DNA of 64,000 nucleotides from Nageia nagi (Eukaryota; Plantae; Pinophyta): NCBI GenBank assembly GCA_050084985.1, contig JBITNC010000001.1, positions 174,964,001 to 175,028,000 of the forward strand, read 5' to 3'. Shown piece by piece: positions 39,818 to 50,919 of this stretch (position 1 is its first letter; each line of letters starts with the position of its first letter). The notes under the pieces were generated by a model. It saw only the letters and a program-made list of their open reading frames with translations, ran no database searches and was not told where the DNA came from. The position numbers and the translations under genes were made by a program.

Positions 39818-41185
39818 AAGGAGTTCCAGCTCCCATGGTTAGATTATCATGCTTATGAGTGGAGTTCCAGCTCCTGTGACCAGATTATCATGTTTGTGAG
39901 TGGAGTCCAGCTCCCATGGTTAGATTATCATGCTTATGAGTGGAGTTCCAGCTCCCGTGGTCAGATTATCATGCTTATGAGTGGAGTTCTAGCTCCCGTG
40001 ACCAGATTATCATGTTTGCGAGAGGAGTTCCAGCTCCCATGGTTAGATTATCATGCCTATGAGTGGATTTCTAGCTCCCGTGACCAGATTATCATGTTTG
40101 TGAGTGGAGTCCAGCTCCCATGGTTAGATTATCATGCTTATGAGTGGAGTTCCAGCTCCCGTGGTCAGATTATCATGCTTATGAGTGGAGTTCCAGCTCC
40201 CGTGACCAGATTATCATGTTTGTGAGTGGAGTCCAACTCCCATACTCAGCTTATCATGTGGCTATGAGTGGAGTCCAGCTCCCATAGTCAGCTTATCATG
40301 TGCTTATCATGTGACTATGAGTGGAGTCCAGCTCCCATAATCAGATTATCATGCTTATGAGAGGAGTCCAGCTCCCATAATCAGATTATCATATGCTTGT
40401 GAGTGGAATCCAGCTCCCATACGTAGCTTATCATGTGGCTATGAGTGGAGTCCAGCTCCCATAGTCAGCTTATCATGTGCTTATCATGTGCCTATGAGTG
40501 GAGTCCAGCTCCCATAATCAGATTATCATGCTTATGAGAGGAGTCCAGCTCCCATAATCAGATTATCATATGCTTGTGAGTGGAGTCTAGCTCCCATACT
40601 CAGCTTATCATGTGGCTATGAGTGGAGTCCAGCTCCCATAGTCAGCTTATCATGTGCTTATCATGTGGCTATGAGTGGAGTCCAGCTCCCATAATCAGAT
40701 TATCATATGCTTGTGAGTGGAGTCCAGCTCCCATACTCAGCTTATCATGTGGCTATGAGTGGAGTCCAGCTCCCATAGTCAGCTTATCATGTGCCTATGA
40801 GTGGAGTCCAGCTCCCATAGTCAGTTTATCATTGTTCTACGGAGTTCGGTTCTCATGCAACTAGAGTACACCTCTTGGTGCGAAGGCTCAGTTGTGTGGA
40901 ACTTAGCTCTCATACATCAGCTTATCATTGTTCTGCGGAGTTCGGTTCTCATGCAACTGGAGTACACCTCTTGGTGTGAAGGCTCAGTTGTGTAGAACTT
41001 AGCTCTCATACATCAGCTTATCACTTGTTTCGCGGAGTTCGGTTCTTATGTAACTTGGTGCGAAGATTTGTGTGGAACTTAGCTCTCACATATCAGCTTA
41101 TCATTATTTTGCGGAGTTCGGTTCTCATGCAACTGGAGTACACCTCTTGGTGCGAAGGCTCAGTTGTGTAGAACTTAGCTCTCTC
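39818..41185. repeat. Tandem array: ~24 units of ~41 bp in two higher-order blocks, then ~96-bp units
   Basis: GAGTGGAGT(T)CCAGCTCCC...TTATCATG units 39818-40830; CGGAGTTCGGTTCT units near 40840, 40936, 41033, 41112. Confidence 0.95.
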
Positions 41186-43780
41186 CTATGTGTGGTTATG
41201 GTTATCATGTGTTGTTATGTGTGTTATCATGTCTTGTCTTGTGAGTTGGTCATGTGTGTTATCGTGTCTTGTCATGTGTGTTGTCATGTTTTGTCTTGTG
41301 ATGTGGTCTTGTCAAGATGTCGTCCGATCAACATGTGTGGTCAAGTCGTTTGTCCAGTCACTGTCATGTGTATTGTCAAGTTTGTCGTCATGGGTCATCA
41401 GCATTACGACAAGATTATCAGCTTATCAGATTATCAGACATATTAGGCTATCACCTTCTACAGCAAAACGCAAGGGGCAAGCATGCCCAAGGTAAATATC
41501 AAAAGGGAGTTTTCTTAACCTATAAGCTTTATCATGATGTTGTTTAAGTTTGGAATGGTTAGTGTTCATCATTGCTTATCAAATTTGTTTGTTGTGATAT
41601 TGTGTTTTACTTTGAATGCAAAATCTCAAGTCACCTCATGGTTCTTTCGATTTCACATCCAAAGTGGGGCATCTGTTAACACATAAAAATGAATTTATGT
41701 TTTTAAATCAATAAATTAATGAAATATGCTTGGCCTAACTATATGTCTTGAATGGATTAAAGTGATAATATCAATGTTTGGCTTGAATATGAATATTGTA
41801 TGGTTTACCTTGAATATTGCATGGTTTATCTTGAATATTACATGGGTTATCTTGAATATTGTATGGTTTATCTTGAGTATTGCATGAATTATCTTGTTTA
41901 TTGATGTGTTTATATTAAATCTTGTGAATTAACCTTATTTATGTGGATGCACGCCGACCTGTGGGCGGTATTATCTATTATCTATATAAATAAGGGATCT
42001 AATAGTAAGTCCACAACAACAAGGATACACATGATCCCGTGTATGGTCTTGTAAGTGGCTACCCCTTAAGGTATCTCTTGGTACCGCCTACAAGGCTGTG
42101 GTTTGTGTGCTTTCCTTACGCGAGCTCTCCTGACATATGCGATCAATTCTGATATTACACTGCAATCTGAGATATCTATACTGAGGATCTGGACCTAATC
42201 GAGAGGTCAAAGCTATCAAGCTAGGGCCGCCGGTGCTCCTTTGTGAACGGAAGAACACCGCTGGCGCTCTAATACTACTGAAACGGACCGCCCGTGGTCC
42301 TCTTTTCGCATCCTTACAGGTCACGACGTTGTGGAAAAGGTAGCTTATCATCACTACATCACCAATATCTACATCTTTCGTTGTTAGGTACATTCCGTGA
42401 GGTAAGTACACGAATCACAGTCTTGGTTGGTACAAGTACACTGCTGAATTGGTTATGTTGTTTATTTGATATCTAGAATAAATCACTATCCGTAGCTAGT
42501 ATACAGATAATATTGAGTTTGTAGATATTTCTCTGTTCATTTATTTACACGCTCAATTTTTATTTGTAAACACTTGCACAAAATATTTCTTATCAAAGTT
42601 TTTTACATGTTCCTTTTTCTCTAGCTTGGATTGCTTCTATGATGTAAGGTCTATCATGTCGCAACCAAGCCACAAAGGGGGCATAACATTAGCGAAAACT
42701 AAGGCATCCAAAGTTATTGTTGTGAAGAAAGTTTTTAAGGAGTATCTTCTTACCTATCTTGTTATACTTTGAATTTATGATTTGATATTCTTTTATTTGA
42801 AAAATATCAAATTTTATTCAAAGTGGAGCATCTGTTAACACTTGAAAAGGAATTTTAATTTAACTAAAATACCCTTTTAGGTATTTGTAATAATTCATTT
42901 ATTTAATTGATTTATTACTCTTATCATTAGACACTTTTCTACCTTTATATTTTATGATAACAGGTTGACCCGCATCACCATAAGCTCAAGGGGGATCCTT
43001 GGCACTAAACTTGCTATCTATAAAGGTGGAAGGTTGTGCATAAGAAATCATGACATGATTTGAAATCCTTGATAAGTTGTAATATACTTGTGTCATTCTT
43101 GATCGATGTTTCTCAATGCCACTTATCATATCTAGATTTTATTATACACTAAGCTCTGGATTCCTATGATCTTTCGAATCTATTTGCACTTGATATTCCA
43201 ATCATCGAATGTGTGATGATGACATCGAATAAAAGGGAAAGGTGAAATGGAACCGTAGTCGAACAATGTTGCTTAGGTCCTAGTATCGTCATTAGGTTGA
43301 GGTCAGATTAGTGGCTCCATATTTCAAAGAAGCTCATCATTTATCCCTTCTCAATCAAATATATCTTTTGTTCATCATGATAGGAAAAGTACAAGTTTGT
43401 ATCTTAAGTTAATTGAATTATTATCATCATTCGTGTTTATGCTATTTACAATTATTTTGTAATTAATTGATTAAATTGAATATTATTAAATAACCCTAGT
43501 AATTATTATTTCAATTTTAACAATAATAATAATAAAATTCCAATCATCAAATTTTATAATTAAATTTATACATTAGTATTAAAACAATTACTAAATCTTA
43601 TTTTCTCTATTATCTAAAAATATATTTAATCTTATTTTTGATTTCTAGATAATCATAGCAAAAATCATATTTAAAATTTCATTAAATATTTGAATATTAA
43701 AGGATTTACTAATTTTTATTTGCTCTCTATTATCTAGAAATCATTTTTAACTTATATACTTTTCTAGATAATCTTAGAAA

Positions 43781-45660
43781 TAATAATGGCTTTGCTAGGG
43801 TTTCGTTCTGAGGTGCTTGAGGTGGCTAGTACTTGTTCAGGTAGGGTTTTCAAAGGTTGTAATGGTTTTTTTGATGGAGGTAGAGAAGGTTCTAGAAATG
43901 GTGGTGGTCAGAGTAGAGAACAGTATAAGGTTTTAGTACTAGAAGTTATTTCTAGAAGTAGCCTAGATATGACAGAAGATGCCCCCTTGATGTTTATCTA
44001 TGAGGGGTTCCAATTGGTTTTCGACCTTGGTTGTGTGATTCATTTCTCTATTACCAATGAAGAGGGTATTTCTCTCTTAGTTGAACTTTCCCTTTTTCTC
44101 AAGGCTGAGCTTGATGCTCTGGGTTCCTTGGTGGGGGAGAACCTGGTGGTTCCCACTTCCTCTTCTCTAGAGTTGAGGATACCACCTCTTGTTATGCTTC
44201 GTGAGATTGCATTGTCAGATGGTGTTGTCAAGTGTGGATGCTTCTATGGGTTTCCAAACTAGGCCTCTGAGTTGGAGATGGGTGCACCTATTTCCTTTGG
44301 CATTATCTCATTTAGGGCAAGTTGTGAGGCCCTTTTGGCTCTCACATATGACACGATTTCATGGCCTTTATGAGGAGTCTATCTGTTCTTAGTGGTTTCA
44401 ACATAGCTTCTACCTTTTTTTTATTTTGTCTAGTTGTGGCGTAACTTGGAGGAGTTTTTGGTTAGGAAAGGTTATGTTTACGAGGTTTGTTAGTCTCTAC
44501 CTCCTCCGTTTGGTGTTTGTTCCTTGGGCATGTGCATGTGTGTTGCGATAGATTGTTGGGGGATTTTTTGCAAATGCTTGTGTCCCTATTTGGTTGAGTT
44601 GTGTGCTAGTTGTTTTTGGGGCCTTGACATTGGCCCATGGGTTCTTGAGGAGGGTGTGCCTTCTTATTTTCTCTAGGTCATTTACCTTTCTTTGGATGGG
44701 ATTCTATTTGTTTTGGGTGTTATTTCTTCCTTTAGTTTGTGCTCCTTAGAGCCTGGGGACTGCTAGGTTTCTTGGTTTAAGATCCCAAAGGTTGTTTCCT
44801 ATTCATTTTGTTTTGGTGTCATCGGTCCTAAGAACCCTTGGGGGTGTAGGTTTGGCCCTAGAGAGGTCTTTGTTCTATGACTCTCCTTGGGGGCAAGTTT
44901 TTCTAGGGATTGTTTATTTCTTTGAGGAAGCCTTGGTTCTGGGTTTCTCTTTTTTTATTGTGTTCTAGGGCCCTAATTTGGAAGGACCATTGGAAAAAGT
45001 GAGAGCTAGTTTCATGGGGAAAGCTTTTCTTTTGTGTCCCAATGGGTCTCAAGCTCATGAGTATAGGTGGTTTTTTATTCATAATGGAATGCATGGTGGA
45101 GTTTTCCATTGTTGTATCTTTGTTGGAAGGCATTTCTACCTCTTCTTCTAAGGAATTTTTGAGGGTTTGGTTTAATAGTGAGGGGTAATGGAGTTGGTTT
45201 AGATCCAGAAGTTAGAATCATGCAAGAATGGATTAGTTTACTCGATTTAAGCAAGCAACAACGAAATTTTTCTTAGCTTCTCTATGGGGTTGAAATGTTG
45301 GGTCCAACATTTTGGAACCACAACTTCCAAGGCTCAATAGCAAGTCCCTTTATGAGCGGGAAGTTTTAAAATCCAAATCTCTTTATGGATTTGGATAGGT
45401 TCTTGGAAAGAGTACAAGTTTTAATGAGTATCTTAAGATATGTACAAGGTTTCAAAAAGTGATAGTTCTTCCAGGTTTTAAAATTGTTCATGCCTTACTC
45501 CAAGTTGAGGGACTTTTGTTGATTTTTCATGCCTTGAGGAGGTTGAGGGACAATTTAGAAACTAATTTTGATATAAAAGGTTTTGAAGGCCTTTCAAAAC
45601 CCAGACCATAATTATTGGTTTCGTAAAAACCACCTACCAATATAATAAAAAAAACTTAAT
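43781..45660. mobile_element. ~1.9-kb insertion of unclear type (possibly decayed LINE ORF1) in the AT-rich segment
   Basis: Absent from the paralogous copy, where AGATAATCTTAG is followed closely by CAAATAAATCAAACATTC (~63790-63822); no diagnostic motif. Confidence 0.5.
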
Positions 45661-45700
45661 AACAAACAAATCAACATTCATTAAATCTTTAATTTAATTG

Positions 45701-45727
45701 ATATATATATATATATATATATATATA
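45701..45727. repeat. (AT)n microsatellite
   Basis: Direct reading. Confidence 0.95.
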
Positions 45728-47149
45728 ATTGATTAATTAATTAATTAATTTTGGTAATTATACTTTATACCTACAAAATTCCACTTACCAATTTAAATAT
45801 AATTATTCTTATTCTTATAATTATAATTAAATATTAATTATTCTTATTCTTATAATTATTAGAATTCATATATTTAAATATTAATTTTCTCATTTGTTCT
45901 AATATTTTAAAATACATCTTATTTTAAATATTCGAACAAATATTTTTTAAATATTTAAATAACATTAAACATTCAATAGTTTATAAACTTAAAGGTTTTA
46001 TATCAAACGTTCCATACTTTTATTGATACACATTATTTTTTTAAAAAAACTCATATATAAGATTTGATAAATATAAAACCTTAATATTCTAAATTAAATA
46101 TTAAACAAACTTTTAACATTTTTTGATAATAAGGGTAAATTATATTATCAAAAAGCAATGAGGGTTTTTTTTGGACCCAAAAAAATCAGTCATAAAATGG
46201 TTTCCAAAATAGGGAATTGCTACCCAACTATACCTAGTGGTAGCTAATATAATTTGCAAAAACACTACTAACAAAATAAATTCAGATGCTATCTAGCTAT
46301 AACTTGTTGGTAGCTCCAATGCAACTTACTTTACAAATTGTATTAATAGAAAACCATCAAACTGTAGTCAAAATACGTCTGAATTACTATTGGGATGCAA
46401 TCCAACTGCCTCTTTATTGCTAGAATATTCTAATTAAGAAATCCTTTGTTCAGCCCAAAGGTGGGCTGAGATTTGTTGATAATATGTAGAGTTGATTATT
46501 ATTATTTTTTGCTATATCATGTTTGGTGAGTTTCTCTCTAGTCTCTCCTTGGGATGGTCTCCCCATATGTCTTTGTCTAACATTTGCTATTTTTTTAGAG
46601 TTTAGTATATTTTTTTATAGGATTCCATCTTGGCCTTGTTCTTGTGTTGTTGTTTCTTGTCTATCTGCATTCCTTACTTTTTTGTCACCCTTTTAATTCT
46701 TTCTCCTTCTTCCCCTTCTGTAACTTTCATATTTGTTATCTATCTCCTAAAAAATCTAAATTGTAAATTTGCTTCTTTGCCTATTCCTTTTAAAATCGAC
46801 AAAAGTGCATAGGGGTTTACTGTGGTTGATTTTTTCTATTGGAATTCATTTGAAGTTGATTATTTTTTTTGATGTGGTTCATTTTGTCTGCATTTCGACT
46901 ATAGTCTTCTAATTTTTTTTGAACTGACTTCCACCCTTGCTATTTTCGTTTATCTTGAGACTCCTTTTCATTCTTTTTTTTCTTCTCTCCTTTCTTCATC
47001 CCTTCTCTCTTTTTTTAAGAAATCCTTTGTATAGTGCTCATAACTTTTACAAATTCCATATTGTACTAACATATTTTCATATGCAATTGATTACATCCAT
47101 TCTCTTCTATCTTTTATTTTTAATTTTACCTCTACCATAGGTTTGGAAT

Positions 47150-47720
47150 TATCTAAATTAACCATAAATCTTGCATCTGTAAACTTAAGTTTTAATCTTG
47201 TTGATCATTCAATTTTGATAAAAGATCCAATTACTTTCATAATTTTGGCTATTACACATTGGTGCTAATAGGATGGGTGAAGTTCAAGTAGTGAGACCCA
47301 TGTTGGAATGAGGTTAAAAATTTCACTTTCAAAGGAGAAAGTTTTCTCCCATCTCTTAATAACTAATCCTTTCTTTTCAAGGAACCAAGGACCCATATTT
47401 ATCACTTTTTGTAGGTATTTATCAAATTGAAATTTGAATAACAAAAATTCTTTTAGGAGAGCAAATAGGGATTCCCACCTTTTTGTACTCCATCTTACTT
47501 TCATCCAACTTCGAACCATATCTAGAGGGGGTTGTACCCCAACAAAGCAACCAACAAGGGTTGATTTTAGCCCATCCTCTTCCTTCTCAATTATAATTTT
47601 TGGAATCAATATACTTACCTTATCATTAGAGAATTTTAGCTCTAGTACTATCCCAATTGCCTCCTCTATGAATGATTTTTTCTGCATCAACATGCTTTTT
47701 CATTCCTTGGGTGCTTTGGA
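47150..47720 (-). pseudogene. LINE ORF1 (DUF4283-like) fragment
   Basis: LVGCFVG..P....VRSWMKVRW, FLLFKF, VINMGPWF....LVIKRW, IPTWVSL typical of plant L1 ORF1. Confidence 0.85.
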
Positions 47721-47844
47721 TTAGGTCATAATCTTGATTTATTCATTGCATTTTGAATATCATTGGATTGCATTTCAATAAGGTTATAGCTTTGCTAAGC
47801 TATAATTTGCTTAATAATAGCTTATTGTGCTTTTGAAATAATTC

Positions 47845-47935
47845 ATCCGCACTTCTGTTACTCCGTGCTCACACTTCTGTTACATTGTGCTCATGCTTTT
47901 GTTACACCATGCTTGCGGTTCTGTTACATTGTGGT
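47845..47935. repeat. ~22-bp minisatellite x4
   Basis: TTCTGTTAC...GTGCTCA units. Confidence 0.75.
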
Positions 47936-48599
47936 TGTTTTTTTTTTTAACTTTTAAACATTAAATTAATATATATTTAAAATAAACATTATTAATGGTG
48001 ATATTAAAACCAAAAAGTAAAATTAAATATACTTTGAATCAACATATAGTTTTTTTTCTTCACTTCAAGACAATTTCATAACCAAAGTAATTCACATATA
48101 GTGCATCTTGTGATAAGATATCATGGTTCTAACATGGGTTTTTCATTTCCTATGGATTTTTCTAATACCCATAATTAATTTATATTACATCAAAATATCT
48201 ATTCTATGTTCTAGAGATGAAAAAATAGAGAAGAAAGCTCAATGCATAGCAAAATATTCTCAATTTCTCCAACACAAAAATCAAACATAAATTTTCCAAT
48301 CCACTTCAAATACATAAGCAACATAATATTAAGATGAAGGGCACCTGGAAATGCAAGCCTCCCTCTCTCTCCTTTTTTGAATCTCCTTCCTTTTCATTCT
48401 CCTTCAACTTCGGTAACCTTCCAAAACTTAAGGCCCCAACTTAAATGGAGAGAAAATGGGAAATTTTGGAGTGAGGAAGGCACACAACTACCATGGAGGT
48501 TTCCTCAACTTCCCATGGAAGTTTCTGCACTAAAAGCCTCCTCCAAATTCACAAAAAATAAAGCGTTAACATTAACATAAAACTTCACATTATTTTTAA

Positions 48600-48602
<3 letters not shown>

Positions 48603-48669
<67 letters not shown>

Positions 48670-48687
48670 ACACACACACACACACAC
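48603..48687. repeat. (CA)n microsatellite, ~42 units with one interruption
   Basis: Direct reading. Confidence 0.98.
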
Positions 48688-49199
48688 TTGCTATCTAGCC
48701 TCCAAAATTGCCTCTCGTACCTCTAACAAATCTTATGTAATAACAATGAATTGACTACAATAGTAAATTTAATACATTCAAAGAATATAATATTGTTACT
48801 ATAATTTCATATTATTAAATTTATCTAATCAAGCTATTAGATAATTTAATTACCACATAAGTAGATAATAAAATATAATCAATGTTACTAACATTTTCTT
48901 TTTAGGTTGCAAATCAAGGATTTCTTTAAAATCGAACAAAAGACTAATGATCAAACAAAAACTAAATATTATTCTTCCAATAATAATATAATATAATAAT
49001 AATAAATATTGTATTATTTACAATAGTTTATCAATAATAATGTAATTTTACATAATTTAACAATAAATATCTTAACTTGATTTTTTACAAGATATTTATT
49101 ATGATGCACTAACCATTTTATTGCTTTACTTACCAACATAATCTTGTTAGCTGAAGACACAAAATCAGAAAACACTAATAAACATGCAAGAGGATTCAA

Positions 49200-50919
49200 A
49201 AGTAGGGTCACTACATTCTTCCCCACTTAGAAGAAACACAATCCTCTGCATTTTCTAGATTATTTGATATAAGTAGGGAGTGCACTCTTTCTAGATATAT
49301 AAAAGCATCCAAGTATACATTTACTCAAACAAGTGCAATTAAGAATATCAACGAGTGTTAGACAAAATTCAAGTTATAAAAAACACATTTCACATAGAAA
49401 GTAATTTTCAAATGGTATAGGTCTCTTTTACCCTAAGATTAACATCCTCTCTTGATAAGCAAACACTCATCTCAATGACATCTAAATACATAGTTACCCT
49501 CATGGGATTTTAAGTTAATCATTTTCCATTCCACTTACTTAGATCTGGCATTCATTCTCAATGGTCCAAGAACACTAGAAAACATAAACACTCACAAGCA
49601 ATTCTATTTTCCAAGGTGAATGCAAAAATCACAATCTAACATGATATACTCTTCAATTATTCAAATGAATTAAGATATATTTTTTTTACTTACAAGTCGA
49701 TGAAGCACCTTTTTCTCGTTATAAGATGTGATCCACATCTTATGAACTTGTAGAAATCACTTCACACAAATATAAAATATATGCACTTAACAAATCAATT
49801 TTATCTCCATCCATAAGAGAGTAATTTTCATAAGTTAGGAGAATCCTTTAATCGTCATCATCGTGTAAAAATTACGAAATTTCAACAAAAATATGAAGCT
49901 ATCCCTCTTGACAACAAACTAAAATATACTTTTTAATAAACTAAAATCAAGATATCTCTAACATTTTCAAGAAAAATGAAGCATGGTTAAATGAAAAATT
50001 TTCTATACTCCAAAATTTGCATTTGCACAGTAAGCATATTCACAATACTTCTCCTTGAATTCAAAATAATAAAAGAAAAATGAAAACATTTTACCAAAAT
50101 CCTTTTTCTTGATAGGATACTATATCTTCACACTCATGTTGTATGAACAATTTTGCAAAAATGATGTAAACTTTCTTCGCAAGTTTCTAAATCTTAAGTG
50201 GCAATCTCCAAAAAAGTAAAGAATTTTGACTTAAAAACTTCAAAAAGTTCCTTTCAAGGTCCTTTATTGAGTAAAAATTTCCACATACTTACGAAACGTT
50301 TCTCACTTGTGGCCAATCAACTCAAAATGTTTTCAAGTTATGTTACCTATGACCAAAATTTATTTTATCATGGTCATTTTCTACCTTGATAAATTTCAAA
50401 TGATACAGTCTGCATGTTGATCATTGGCTTATTCTTGGCTATTCTCATCAACTGTGAGAGTAAAACCCATTAAGCCAAATATGGTAGCTATAAATGAAAC
50501 TCATTAGCATATAAATAATCAAAGAAATTTAAATATTATAATATGCAATACTAGTATGAACAACACTCAATACATGTCTTAACAAAGTTAAGAGCCTTCA
50601 ATGAGGTGAATACACTTCATAAACAAATAAGATTTTAAGAAAATCCCCGATAAAAATGTTTTGAATAGTAATTCCACAAATAATCATAACTTTAATAATT
50701 TCAAGTTTTCAAGGCAAAGGGAATTTCTTACTAATCCTATCCTATTCACACTTTGAAATTTATATATGGGTTAAGGAAATCCACATTTGAGGTTTTGAAT
50801 TAGTTACGACCAATGAGCCCCTAGTAGGTGAGAGTGATCAATTCCCACAACAAAAAATTAATGTGAAAGCTTGTTCCTTAAACATATCCCTTCTTTAAGA
50901 AATTCCAATTCATGATTAT
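49200..50919 (-). pseudogene. Highly decayed gypsy pol (RT-RH-IN order), interrupted by a copia at 50920
   Basis: Remnants resembling MPFGL (~50480), DWP..RNV (~50310), RNase H region (~50030) and the WKWE-type integrase region (~49530). Confidence 0.5.

Larger units (their letters stand above)
34413..42572 (+). mobile_element. Structurally complete non-autonomous Tat-like LTR retrotransposon (8160 bp): gag, antisense PMD gene, repeat array, no pol
   Basis: 899-bp LTRs 34413-35311 and 41674-42572 (about 18 substitutions by eye, ~98% identical); TGTT...AACA ends; TSD CTTGC (34408-12, 42573-77); PBS; PPT AAAGTGGGGC 41661-41670. Confidence 0.98.
31377..43522 (+). mobile_element. Older Tat-like gag-only LTR element (host of the 34413-42572 insertion)
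   Basis: LTRs start TGTTAACAC (31377, 42833); 3' LTR ends TTAACA at 43522; TSD ATAAT (31372-76, 43523-27); empty site visible ~63555; PPT AAAGTGGAGCATC; end of 5' LTR and PBS deleted ~31955; gag remnant YHQVKGHRTNGCIALRKNLQKLIDSG. Confidence 0.92.

Noticed and set aside
39818-40830. CRISPR-like look (constant palindromic core with variable intervening sequence)
   Set aside because: The intervening parts are variants of one another and recur in higher-order order; eukaryotic TE context, no cas genes
39890-41547. Repetitive ORFs over the tandem array
   Set aside because: Products of repeat periodicity; no coding signal
48505-48687. Cys/Val-rich ORF
   Set aside because: Translation of the (CA)n microsatellite
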